Shown: positions 41,451 through 50,888 of the stretch, in pieces
Layout of the letters: each line of letters begins with the position of its first letter
Position numbering within the stretch: the first letter of the stretch is position 1
The notes under the pieces: model-generated
What the model was told of the DNA's origin: nothing
What the model saw: the letters and a program-made list of their open reading frames with translations, nothing else
Database searches by the model: none
From: an uncultured Spirochaetota bacterium
Lineage (GTDB): Bacteria; Spirochaetota; Spirochaetia; SZUA-6; CAVTHK01
Assembly (NCBI GenBank): GCA_963734495.1
Contig: CAVTHK010000001.1
Coordinates: 544,001-608,000, forward strand
DNA: 64,000 bases
Direction of reading: 5' to 3'
Program-made: the position numbers and the translations under genes

Positions 41451-41873
41451 TCAAGGCTTGACGATCTCGCCCTTCCACCTGCCGATCGGTCCGAAGTCCA
41501 CCACGTTCGTGTACCCGGCCCCGGTGAGCGCCCGGTACGCCGCGGCCGAACGGGACCCGCTGCGGCAGTAGACGATGATGAGGGCGGCCTTGTCGCGCGT
41601 CGGAGGCTTTGCCAGGATCGTGTCGTTTGGGATGTTGACGGCCGTGGGGATGTGTCCGGAAGCGAACTCCTCCGGCGTCCTCACGTCGACCAGGATGTAG
41701 GGGACGCCTTTGCCGGCCGCCTTGTCCGCGATCAGCTTCTGGAGCCCGTCCGGCGTCCCGTAGTCGGCCGACTTGTTGCCCTGCGCCTTGTCGTCCTGCG
41801 CCCCGCCCTGCGCCGCGGCCGTGAGGGCCGCCGCGAGGCCGAACACCAGCGCCGCCAGTCCTGCCCTGCGCAT
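41451..41873 (-). CDS. Exported rhodanese-like domain protein
   Basis: Signal peptide, DVRTPEEFASGHIP, YCRSGSRS; SD AGGAGG. Confidence 0.9.
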   Translation of the reverse strand: MRRAGLAALVFGLAAALTAAAQGGAQDDKAQGNKSADYGTPDGLQKLIADKAAGKGVPYILVDVRTPEEFASGHIPTAVNIPNDTILAKPPTRDKAALIIVYCRSGSRSAAAYRALTGAGYTNVVDFGPIGRWKGEIVKP

Positions 41874-42021
41874 GGAAAGGTCCTCCTGCCTGCCTGCCGT
41901 AGACTGTACCGGAGGGGCCGACTGCGGCGCAAGCCCGCTCAAGCCCGCGAAGCCCGCGGCAAACCCTCCCCCGTTGCAGCGCCAGTCCCGCCCGGACTAC
42001 ACTCCCTGCGCGAGGCCCTCC

Positions 42022-43188
42022 ATGCAGAACGTCATCGTCGTGAGCAACGTCGCTGACAACCCCTTTGCCGAGGACATTGCCCACGCCATGAACCAGGACG
42101 AGGACTACTCGGACCTGATCTCCCTCAAGGACTTCCTGAACACGGAGTTCTGTCCCCGGTTCATCGTGGACGAGGAAGACCGGGAGCGGACCGGCAGGAA
42201 GCTCGAAAACCGCACGATCCTGATCGTGTCGACTTCGATGGGGCTGTACACGCGGCAGGACCTGGCGATGCGCAACTGCCTCATCGCGCGCGCGGCCAAG
42301 GACAACGGGGCCGGCAGGGTCATCCTGCTCGAGCCCGACCTTTACTACAGCGCCCAGGACCGGGGGCCGCGGCCCGAGCACGGGCTCACCGCCTTTCCGC
42401 GCGACCCGGACGATTTCCGCAAGTTCGACGGGCAGCCGTTCACGGCCCGGCTGTACGCCGACCTCCTCAGGCAATCGGGCGTCGACGAGGTCGTGACCGT
42501 CCACAACCACTCCGCGTCGGTGCGGGCCATCTTCATGGACCGCTTCTCGGGGCGCTTCCACAACCTCCTGCCGGCCGACCTGTACGCGAGCTACCTGCGC
42601 GACTCAGACATCGTCGACCGCGAGCGCCTCGCGCTCAGCGCGCCCGACAAGGGAGCGCTCACGTTCTGCGAGTACGTGCAGAAGGAGCTCGGGGAGCCGC
42701 GGGTTCCGCTTGTTGTTTTGTGCAAGGAGAGGCGGGGCGAGCGCGAGGTCAAGGTGGAGGTCTCGGAGAGCTCCGAGGTGAGGAGGGAGGCGGTCGCGGG
42801 CCGTCACGTGGCGCTGATCGACGACATGACGCGCACGGGAGTGACGGCTGCCGAGTGCTGCCGGCTGCTCACGCGCCTCGGCGCGGAGCGGGTCGTGGTG
42901 TTCGTGACCCACTTCCACTCGAGCCGCGAGATCCGGGGGAACCTGAGCGACCCTGCCGTGACCGAGATCGTCACCACGAACACCATCCCGCAGATCCTCA
43001 ACAGGGACATGCAGGGACGGCTGCGCAAGCAGATCGTGGTGCTCAAGGTCGAGCGCTGGGTCGCGAGCTTCATGAGGCAGCTCCTCGGCGAGCCGGAGCC
43101 TCTTTCGGGGCCGCTGTACGCCGAGGACATGTCGAGCAAGAACCCCCGCTGGCGCGGGACGATGGGGCCGCTGTTCTCTTCGCGATAG
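42022..43188 (+). CDS. Divergent ribose-phosphate pyrophosphokinase (PRPP synthetase)-like protein
   Basis: AAKDNGA, YSAQDR, SAPDKGA, KER, IDDMTRTGVT, VTH, TTNTIP. Confidence 0.75.
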   Translation: MQNVIVVSNVADNPFAEDIAHAMNQDEDYSDLISLKDFLNTEFCPRFIVDEEDRERTGRKLENRTILIVSTSMGLYTRQDLAMRNCLIARAAKDNGAGRVILLEPDLYYSAQDRGPRPEHGLTAFPRDPDDFRKFDGQPFTARLYADLLRQSGVDEVVTVHNHSASVRAIFMDRFSGRFHNLLPADLYASYLRDSDIVDRERLALSAPDKGALTFCEYVQKELGEPRVPLVVLCKERRGEREVKVEVSESSEVRREAVAGRHVALIDDMTRTGVTAAECCRLLTRLGAERVVVFVTHFHSSREIRGNLSDPAVTEIVTTNTIPQILNRDMQGRLRKQIVVLKVERWVASFMRQLLGEPEPLSGPLYAEDMSSKNPRWRGTMGPLFSSR

Positions 43189-43279
43189 ACGCACACGCCG
43201 CGGCCGCGCCGCGCCGGGGGCCGGCCGGCACGCCGCGACGGCGCCTCCCGCGGCGCCGCCCCGTCTGCCGCGCGCGCGA

Positions 43280-45004
43280 TCAGCGCATCACGACGTTCGG
43301 CAGCATCTGGGCGCCCTTGAACTCCAGGTAGCGGAACGGGTGGATGTCCAGCGGGTTGGGGAACCAGCCGTCGATCTTGTCGAGGTCGATGAGGTTCAGC
43401 GACGGCTGGTGGCTGACCGGCATGATGACGCCCGTCGTGAGGAGCATGCTCTCGGCTTCGCCGAACTTCTTGTAGCGCTCCTGCCCGGTCAGCGCGCTGC
43501 CGTCGGAGACCAGCTTGTCATAGTCCGCGTTGCGGTAGTGGGCGTCGTTGAGGTTGCTGTCGCCCGTCCACATCTGGAGGAAGGTGAGGGGATCGAGAAA
43601 GTCGCCGATCCACGTCATCTGGCCGATGGTGTACCCTTCGCCCTTGATGCTCGCGAAGTACCGGTCGTAGTCCACGGTCGAAACCTCGACGTCGAGGCCG
43701 ATCGCATCCTTCCAGGCGTCGCCGATGAGCTTTGCGACCCGCTCCGAATCCCCGCCGGCCCCCACGCGGAAGACGAGCTTCGGCAGGCCCTTGCCCCCGG
43801 GAAAGCCCGCCTCGGCGAGCAGCTTGAGGGCCTCTTCCTTGTCGGGCTTTTCGATGGCCTGCACGTCGGGGTAGCCGGGGATCTGGTAGACGAGCTTGGC
43901 GGTCGGAAAGAACACCTGGTCGGTGCGCACCTGGTCCCAGGGGACGAGCAGGGCGAGCGCGCGCCTGACCTTGGGGTTGTTCCACGGCTCGCTATCGCTG
44001 CGGAAGAAGTAGAAGCTCGTGGCGAACAGCGGGTTGAAGACGACGTTGCTCGTGTCCTTCAGGACCGAGCTGTCCCAGCTCGTCGCCCACTGGATCAGGC
44101 CCTGGTTGAAGCCCTCGGACGCCGCCCCCGGGGTGCTCAGGAAGCGCATCACGATGCGATCGAGCTTGACTTCGCTGCGGCCCCAGTAGAGGTTGTTGCG
44201 GGCGAACACGATCTCGTTGTCGTTCTTCTCGAGGACGAAGAAGGGACCGTTGCCCACGATCGAGGAGCGCTTCTGCCAGCCGTCGTCGTGCATGTAGAAG
44301 GGGTGGATCGGAACGAACGCCATGTGGCAGAGCACCTTGAGAAAGTGAGGCGCGGGCTTTTCGAGCTCCACTTCGAGGGTGTAGTCGTTCACCACGCGGA
44401 TGCCCACTTCGTCCTGGTCCGTCGTCTGCCCGGTTCGATAGGCGCGGGCTCCCTTGATCACGTCGAAGAACGTCGAGTACTCGGCGCCCGACTTGGGGTC
44501 GAGCACGCGGAACCAGGAGTCGCGAAAGACCTTGGCCGTCACCGGGTCTCCGTTGCTGAAGCGGCCTTCCTCGCGCAGGTAGAAGCGGTAGACCAGGCCG
44601 TTGTCAGAGATGTCCCAGCGCCGTGCCGCGCCGGGCATCGGCTCGAGCGTCATCGGGTTGTAGATGACCAGCCCCTCGTAGATCGCCGTGTACACCTGGG
44701 CTTCCAGCGAGGTGTAGGCGCGCACCGGGTCGAAGCTGATCGAGCCCGCGAGCGTGGCAAAGACGAACTCCTGCGGCTTCTCCTGCTGTTTTTCCGGAGG
44801 CGTGGGTTGCGCCGGCGCGGCTTCGGCCGGCTTCGGCGCAGGCCCGACCTGGGGGGCGGGCGCCGCCGGGCCCGCGGCCTGCCGCGGGGCCGCCGCGGCG
44901 CTCAGGCCCGCGCAGCCCGCCAGGGCCGCGGCGACAAAGAGCACCCCGAGCGCCGCCAACGAGGCGCGCACCGCGAGGCGACGAGAGCCGGTCTGTCTGT
45001 TCAT
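43280..45004 (-). CDS. oppA: Oligopeptide ABC transporter substrate-binding lipoprotein
   Basis: Lipobox ALAGC, IYEGLV, FSNGDPVTA, GNGPF, WIGDFLDPLTFL. Confidence 0.85.
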   Translation of the reverse strand: MNRQTGSRRLAVRASLAALGVLFVAAALAGCAGLSAAAAPRQAAGPAAPAPQVGPAPKPAEAAPAQPTPPEKQQEKPQEFVFATLAGSISFDPVRAYTSLEAQVYTAIYEGLVIYNPMTLEPMPGAARRWDISDNGLVYRFYLREEGRFSNGDPVTAKVFRDSWFRVLDPKSGAEYSTFFDVIKGARAYRTGQTTDQDEVGIRVVNDYTLEVELEKPAPHFLKVLCHMAFVPIHPFYMHDDGWQKRSSIVGNGPFFVLEKNDNEIVFARNNLYWGRSEVKLDRIVMRFLSTPGAASEGFNQGLIQWATSWDSSVLKDTSNVVFNPLFATSFYFFRSDSEPWNNPKVRRALALLVPWDQVRTDQVFFPTAKLVYQIPGYPDVQAIEKPDKEEALKLLAEAGFPGGKGLPKLVFRVGAGGDSERVAKLIGDAWKDAIGLDVEVSTVDYDRYFASIKGEGYTIGQMTWIGDFLDPLTFLQMWTGDSNLNDAHYRNADYDKLVSDGSALTGQERYKKFGEAESMLLTTGVIMPVSHQPSLNLIDLDKIDGWFPNPLDIHPFRYLEFKGAQMLPNVVMR

Positions 45005-45129
45005 GCAAAGTCTCTCCAGGAATATACCGACGCGCCGAAAGGCGGGTCAAAGAGCGCCGGCGGCGTCTGGCGGCGCCTGGCAGCGTCCGGGCGGCGTCTG
45101 TTTCCAGGCGCGTCGACCCGCGGCGTCGC

Positions 45130-46251
45130 TCATCCGGCGGGCGGGACCGCCGCGTCGACCGCCTCGAAGTAGCGGCGGATCACGATCGCCTCGTCGAACT
45201 GCTCCTGCACCTTGAGCCTGCTCGCTCGCCCCATGCGGTCGCGCTCGGCCGGGGAAAGCGCGAGCAGCCGGAGCATGGCCCGCGCCAGGTCGCCCGCGTC
45301 GCGGGGCCGGCAGAGGTAGCCGTTGGCTCCGTCGTCCACCGCTTCGCGGCAGCCGACGCTGTCGGTCGTGATCAGCGGCTTCCCCATGCTCGCGGCTTCC
45401 AGCAGCGTGCGCGGCACCCCTTCGCGGTAGTAGGAAGGCAGCACGACGCAGTCCGCCTTGCGGATCTGCTCGCGGATGTCGCTCGAGAACCCGAGGTAGC
45501 TCACCACGCCCTCGGCCTCCCAGGCCGCGATGGTCTCGGCCGCGATCGCCGACGGGTTGGCCACCCCGATCTCGCCCGCCATCAGGAAGCGCGCCTCCGG
45601 CCGCTCGCGCCGGACGATGCGCGCGGCCTCGACGTACTCCGCGATCCCCTTTTCACGGATCATCCTCGCGATGAGAAGAAAGACGGGCGGGGCTCCCGGC
45701 TCGCGCGGCGGTGCCGGCGCGAAGCGCTCGGTATCGACTCCTGACCCCGGGAGCAGCCGCGCCTTTTCCTCCCGAACCAGGCGCCCCGCGAGGAACAGCG
45801 CCCGGTCGTCCGGGTTCTGGAAGAAGACCGCGGCCGCCCGCGCGAACGCGACGCGATAGAGACCGCGCGCGACCAGCAGGGCGGCGGACGGCGACTGGAA
45901 CAGCGTGCCGAGACCCGAGACGTTGGCGATCGCGGGGATCCCGAGCCGCCTCGCGGCCAGGCCGCCGTAGATGTTGGGCTTGATGGTAAAGTGAAGGACG
46001 ACGTCGGGCGAGATCTCGCGGTACAGGCGGACCAGGCGCCCGAGCAGGGCGAGATCGTGCGCGGGGCTGGTCGACGAGGCGCGCATGGCGAGCGGGTGGA
46101 ACCGGATGCCGTCGGCGGCGATGGCCGCCGCGCTGTCGTCGGGGGGCGCGGCGGCCGCGACCTCGTCGCCGCGGCCGCGAAAGGCGCGCACGAGGCCCCA
46201 GCGGAAGTTGCGGATGTTCCAGGCCGTGTTGGCCACGAAGAGGAGCTTCAC
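45130..46251 (-). CDS. GT4 glycosyltransferase (CapM-like)
   Basis: NFR, HFTIKPNIYG, SGLG, FQNPDD, PGSGVD, LPSYYREGVPRTLLEA. Confidence 0.9.
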   Translation of the reverse strand: MKLLFVANTAWNIRNFRWGLVRAFRGRGDEVAAAAPPDDSAAAIAADGIRFHPLAMRASSTSPAHDLALLGRLVRLYREISPDVVLHFTIKPNIYGGLAARRLGIPAIANVSGLGTLFQSPSAALLVARGLYRVAFARAAAVFFQNPDDRALFLAGRLVREEKARLLPGSGVDTERFAPAPPREPGAPPVFLLIARMIREKGIAEYVEAARIVRRERPEARFLMAGEIGVANPSAIAAETIAAWEAEGVVSYLGFSSDIREQIRKADCVVLPSYYREGVPRTLLEAASMGKPLITTDSVGCREAVDDGANGYLCRPRDAGDLARAMLRLLALSPAERDRMGRASRLKVQEQFDEAIVIRRYFEAVDAAVPPAG

Positions 46252-47303
46252 CGCACGACCTCCACGGCGAGCCCGTCGCCGCCGCGCATCAGCCGCAGCC
46301 AGCCGATGTCGTTGCCCACGAACCGTATGGTCCCCCGCGGCGCGCCTCCCGCGGGCGTCACCCAGACCTGGATCCGGTTGCGCCGCAGCACGCTCGCCTC
46401 GACGGTGATCGAGACCGGGGCGCTCCCGCCGTCGAAGTTCCGCAGGTACACCTCGATGCCCGCCCCGGAATTGCGCTCGATGCGGCAGCGTCGCACGACG
46501 CAGTCCTCGAGGCTCTCGTTGGCCCGATTCGGCTCGAAGTCGATCCCGGCCTGGGGCGCGGTGCCCCGGGTGCGCTCGATCACGCAGTCCTCGATCAGCA
46601 GGCCGCGCGCGGACACCACGCTGATGCCCTGGCGGTAGTTGTCCGTGAGCCGCACCCCGCGGATCGTCACGTTCGCGCAGTACGGGTCGATCCCGCCCCT
46701 GCGGCTGTCGCCCACGTAGATGCCGTCGCCCCCGCTCGACTCGATCGCGAGCCCTTCGACGAGGACGTTGCGGCAGCTCTGCAGAGAGAGCGCATGGCGC
46801 CACTCGGCCTGCTCATAGGGCGGCGCCATGTAGTCCGACTTTCTCATCCGCAGCGTCGCGCCCCAGCCCCGAAGCGTCAGGTTGGTGACGGCGTCGGCGG
46901 AAAAGAGAGCGTCGCCGCCGCCGAGGAACAGCCCGGGCTTCGCCTCGATCACCACGCCCTGCTCGAAGAGGATCTCCTGGCTGCCGGCGAGGCGGATCGG
47001 ACCGAGGAGCCACGGAGACCCCATGTTCGGGACTTCCACCACCGCCGCACCCGAATCGATGGCCGCCTGCAGGGCATGCGTGGAGTCGGCGGGGTCGAAG
47101 CCCCACCACGCCGCGCTCACGACGCCCTGGCGGCCCCCGACCGCCGACGCGGCAGCCGCCGCGTCGCGGCGGGCGGCGCCCTCGAAGCGCACCGGCCGCC
47201 CGCCCGGCAGGGGCGCGACCAGGCCGCGCGACTGGGCGCAGCCGGTGGCCAGGAGGCAGGCCGCGGCCGCTGCATTGAAGAATCGCCGCCCGCGGGCTAA
47301 CAT
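46248..47303 (-). CDS. Right-handed beta-helix (pectate lyase-like) lipoprotein
   Basis: Lipobox LATGC, DSTHALQAAID, GGDGIY, NYRQGIS, PQAGIDFEPN. Confidence 0.75.
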   Translation of the reverse strand: MLARGRRFFNAAAAACLLATGCAQSRGLVAPLPGGRPVRFEGAARRDAAAAASAVGGRQGVVSAAWWGFDPADSTHALQAAIDSGAAVVEVPNMGSPWLLGPIRLAGSQEILFEQGVVIEAKPGLFLGGGDALFSADAVTNLTLRGWGATLRMRKSDYMAPPYEQAEWRHALSLQSCRNVLVEGLAIESSGGDGIYVGDSRRGGIDPYCANVTIRGVRLTDNYRQGISVVSARGLLIEDCVIERTRGTAPQAGIDFEPNRANESLEDCVVRRCRIERNSGAGIEVYLRNFDGGSAPVSITVEASVLRRNRIQVWVTPAGGAPRGTIRFVGNDIGWLRLMRGGDGLAVEVVR

Positions 47304-47312
47304 GGCCCGCCC

Positions 47313-48375
47313 ATGAGAATCACCGTGCTTGCCCTGTTCGACCGCATCTCGTTGTTCCACACGCTCAAGCCCGTCTTTCTCTGCGCCGGCGAGCATCGCT
47401 TCACGATCACGGACTCCTCGGAGTGGTGCCTCAGCCGCGACTCGAACCGCGTCCTGATCATGGAGCGCTGCTTCCTCAAGCCCGACGTCGTCGACTACAC
47501 CCTGCTGCGGCCGCCTGCGCGACAAGTACGAGCGCATCGCGTTCTTCAACGGCAACGCGGGCGGCGGAATCCACCGCCCCGGCGTCCTCGCCTTTGTCGA
47601 CCTCTTCTACAACAAGGCGCTGTTCCGGAACCGCCTGGTGTACCGCAGGCGCCTGTACGCCAACGAGCTCTTCGCAGACTACTACCACACCCGCTACGGA
47701 GTCACGGACACCCCCGACAAGACCGTCGAGCCCGTCGGCGACGATGCGGAGCTGGCCAAGCTGCGCCTCTCGTGGAACGTCGGCATCGGGGATTTCCCGC
47801 GCCGGAACCTGCGCCAGCGCGCCGGAGTGGCGCTGGCGCGCATGCTCGGCGGCCGCTGGGCGCGGCCGTTCTTCGCGCGCGGCCCCTGGCGGTCGCCGGC
47901 AAACAGCGGCGCCATTGCCGTCCACGCCCGATTCGGCTATCCCGCCCAGGCCTCCATCGCCTCCCACAGGCGGGTGCTCGCCGACCGGATCAAGGGGCAT
48001 CCCGCTTTCGTCACGGGCCAGGTGGGCCAGAGACGCTTCAACTGGGAAGTCCGAAACTCCCGCATCGTGCTGAGCCCCTTCGGCTGGGGCGAGCTCGCGT
48101 TCCGCGACTACGAGGCGGTGCGCAGCGGGGCCCTGCTGGTCAAGCCCGACATGAGCCACCTCGAGACCTGGCCGGATGTCTTCGTGGCGGGGGAGACTTA
48201 CGTGCCCATCGCCTGGGACGGAAGCGACGTCATCGAGAAGTGCGAGCACTACCTCGCGCACGACGCGGAGCGCCGCCGGATCGTGGCCAACGCCACCGAA
48301 GCCTACGCCGGGCAGGCGCGCCGCCTCTGCGAGCGGTTCGAATCCGCGGTCGCGGAAATCGCCGGGGCGCGATAG
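47313..48375 (+). CDS. Glycosyltransferase-like protein (GT-B/CgeB-like C-terminus), frameshift near 47511
   Basis: One-base correction joins MRITVL... to RLRDKYER...; C-terminal LSPFGWGELAFRDYEA..SGALLVKP. Confidence 0.7.
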
Positions 48376-48442
48376 CCGGCGCGGCCCGGTGGGGCCCGGC
48401 CCGCCCGCCCGGGGCGAGCCTCGCGTCAGGCGCAGCGCGCGA

Positions 48443-48889
48443 TCACGGGGCGGTCCCCCGGGGCCCGGAGTCGCCGCTCCCGCCCGGCGCCGGTCCGTGC
48501 CTGCGGAACACGAGAAGCTTCTGCGCCGCGAACGAGAGACTCACGACGATCGCGAGGGCAGCGATCTGGCCGGCGTAGCGGCCCAGGCCGGCCCGCTCGA
48601 CGAACAGCACGAGCAGCGCCATGTTCAGCGCGAGCATGGCGGCGTATGAGCCCGCCATCCCCGCAACCATCCGCGGGGTGACCGGCTCGCGGTTGCCGAA
48701 TGTGAACCCCTTGTTCGCGAAAAAGCTGAAGGTAGCTCCCACGCAGTACTCGGCCGCAAGCGCCGCGCGGTAGTCCAGGCCGAGGGCGACGAGGCCCGAG
48801 TAGATGAGGAACGTGACCGCGGTGTTTACGACCCCTACGAGGTTGAACCTGGCGATTTCGCCGAGTAGACCTTTTTTTTCACCACCCAC
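48443..48889 (-). CDS. GtrA family flippase-like membrane protein
   Basis: RFNLVGVVNT, SFFANKGFTF, SFAAQKLLVF; four TM segments; own start codon uncertain. Confidence 0.8.
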   Translation of the reverse strand: MGGEKKGLLGEIARFNLVGVVNTAVTFLIYSGLVALGLDYRAALAAEYCVGATFSFFANKGFTFGNREPVTPRMVAGMAGSYAAMLALNMALLVLFVERAGLGRYAGQIAALAIVVSLSFAAQKLLVFRRHGPAPGGSGDSGPRGTAP

Positions 48890-49773
48890 TGCGGAGTCCC
48901 GTTGACGTCGAGATAGAGCTTTCCGAGGTATTCGCCGACCAGGCCGAGGAACACCATCTGCACGCCGCCGATAAAGAGGACCGACACGATGGTCGACGCC
49001 CAGCCGAGCGGCTCGCCGGGGGTCACCAGCTTCTGCACGAGGAACACGACTGCCAGAACGACGCACGCGGTCGACAGGAGCATTCCGGCGAACGTGACCA
49101 GGCGGAGAGGCTTGATCGAGAAGTTCACGAACATGTTGAGCCACAGCCCGACGAGCCTGCCGAGGGTGTAATTGGACCGGCCGACCTTGCGTGGATTGTG
49201 CTCGACGTACGCGCTTCCGATACTGTTCGTCACCCGGAGGATCAGGCCGTCGACGTACGGGTACGGGCCCTTGTACTTGACGATCTCGTCGATGACGTCG
49301 CGCTTGATGAGCTTGAAGCTGCTGAGGTAGAGGTCGCGGGGCTTGCCGAGGAGCCACGTCGCGACTCTGTCGTTGAAGCGGCTGCCGAGGTTGCGAAAGA
49401 GGTTGTGCTTCTTCTTGCGGTACTTCGAGTACACCACGTCCCAGCCGTTCGTCGCCTCCGCGAGCAGCTTGGGGATCTCCGACGGCGGGTTCTGGAAGTC
49501 GTCGTCGATGATGGCGGCGTAGTCGCCGCTGCAGTGGTTGAGGGCGCACATGACGGCATTGTGCTCGCTGAAGTTCCGTCTCAGGGAGATGAACTTGAGC
49601 CCGTCGAGCTCGCGCGCGAGACGCGAGCACACCTCTTCGCTCCTGTCCCTGCTCCCGTCGTTGACAAGGACGATCTCGAGCTCGATCCCCGCGAGGTCGC
49701 GGCGCACGGCGCGAACGAGCTCCTCGATCGTGGCCTCGGCGTTGTAGACCGGTACGCAGACACTGAGCAGCAT
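48835..49773 (-). CDS. GT2 polyprenyl-phosphate glycosyltransferase (ArnC/GtrB-like)
   Basis: VPVYN, VNDGSRD, RNFSEHNA, DDDFQNPP, SNYT, two C-terminal TMs, GEYLGKLY. Confidence 0.9.
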   Translation of the reverse strand: MLLSVCVPVYNAEATIEELVRAVRRDLAGIELEIVLVNDGSRDRSEEVCSRLARELDGLKFISLRRNFSEHNAVMCALNHCSGDYAAIIDDDFQNPPSEIPKLLAEATNGWDVVYSKYRKKKHNLFRNLGSRFNDRVATWLLGKPRDLYLSSFKLIKRDVIDEIVKYKGPYPYVDGLILRVTNSIGSAYVEHNPRKVGRSNYTLGRLVGLWLNMFVNFSIKPLRLVTFAGMLLSTACVVLAVVFLVQKLVTPGEPLGWASTIVSVLFIGGVQMVFLGLVGEYLGKLYLDVNGTPQWVVKKKVYSAKSPGSTS

Positions 49774-49787
49774 GCGTCCACTCCCGC

Positions 49788-50871
49788 CTAGAATCGGTTG
49801 ATGACTTCGACGACGCCGCGGATCTGCTCCTCGGTGTGGCAGTAGGAGATCGGCAGGCTCACCGTCGTGTTGTGGATCTCGTCGGCGATGGGGAACTCGT
49901 ACTCGTCCAGGAGCCCCTCGAGGGCCTTCTGCCTGCTCGGCGCCAGCGGGTAGTGCACGTCGGTCTTGATTCCGGCTTTGAGCAGGTGCTCACGCAGGGC
50001 GTCCCTCTTCGGGTGGCGCACGTTGAAGATGTGGTAGATGTCGTAGAAGCCGTCCTCGACGACGGGCTTTACAAAGTCGTCCTTGAGGTTCTCCAGGTAG
50101 ATGCGGGCGAGCCTGCGCTTGTGCTCGTTGATCTCGTCCAGGTGGCGGAGCTTTACCGAGAGGAAGCCGGCCTGCACCTCGTCGAGGCGCGAGTTGTAGC
50201 CCACGACTTCGTTGTAGTACTTCTTGATCGAGCCGTAGTTGCGGTACATGCGCAGCTTCTGCGCGATCGCGGCGTCGTCGGTGACGACCGCGCCGGCGTC
50301 CCCGAGGGCTCCCAGGTTCTTGGTCGGATAGAAGCTGAAGGCGCCCAGCCCGAAGGTGCCGACCCGCCGGCCCTTGTAGCGCGCCCCGTGGGCCTGCGCG
50401 GCAATCCTCGATGAGGGCCAGGTTCCTCCGGCGGCAGATCTCGAGAATCGGGTCCATGTCGCACGACTTGCCGTAGAGATGGACGGGCATCACGGCCCGC
50501 GTCCTGGGGCCGACCTTGGCCTCGATGAGCGCGGGATCGAGATTGTACGTGCGCAGGTCCGGCTCGACCAGCACGGGCCTGTGCCCGCACTGGAGGATCG
50601 CGAGGATCGTCGCGATGTAGGTGTTCGAGGGAACGATCACCTCGGAGCCGGCGGGCAGGTCGAGGACGCGCAGCGACAGGATCAGGGCGTCCAGCCCCGA
50701 GGCGACCCCGACGCAGTGCGCGGCACCGCAGTACCGGGCGAACTCCTGCTCGAACGCGGTGACCTTGCCGCCGAGGATGAACCAGCCGCCGTCGAGCGTC
50801 TCGGCAAGCGAGCGCTTGTACTCTTCGAAGAACGGCTCGTTCGCTTTGCGCAGGTTCTCGTAGTCGATCAT
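49788..50871 (-). CDS. DegT/DnrJ/EryC1/StrS aminotransferase (FdtB-like), frameshift near 50400
   Basis: [20 protein letters not shown]; corrected [32 protein letters not shown]. Confidence 0.85.
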
Positions 50872-50888
50872 CGTGCTTCCTCCGGCGC

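Noticed and set aside
40705-42561. 618-aa ORF as one large metalloprotease
   Set aside because: Only the last ~245 codons are YgjP-like; the rest overlaps the rhodanese and prs-like genes
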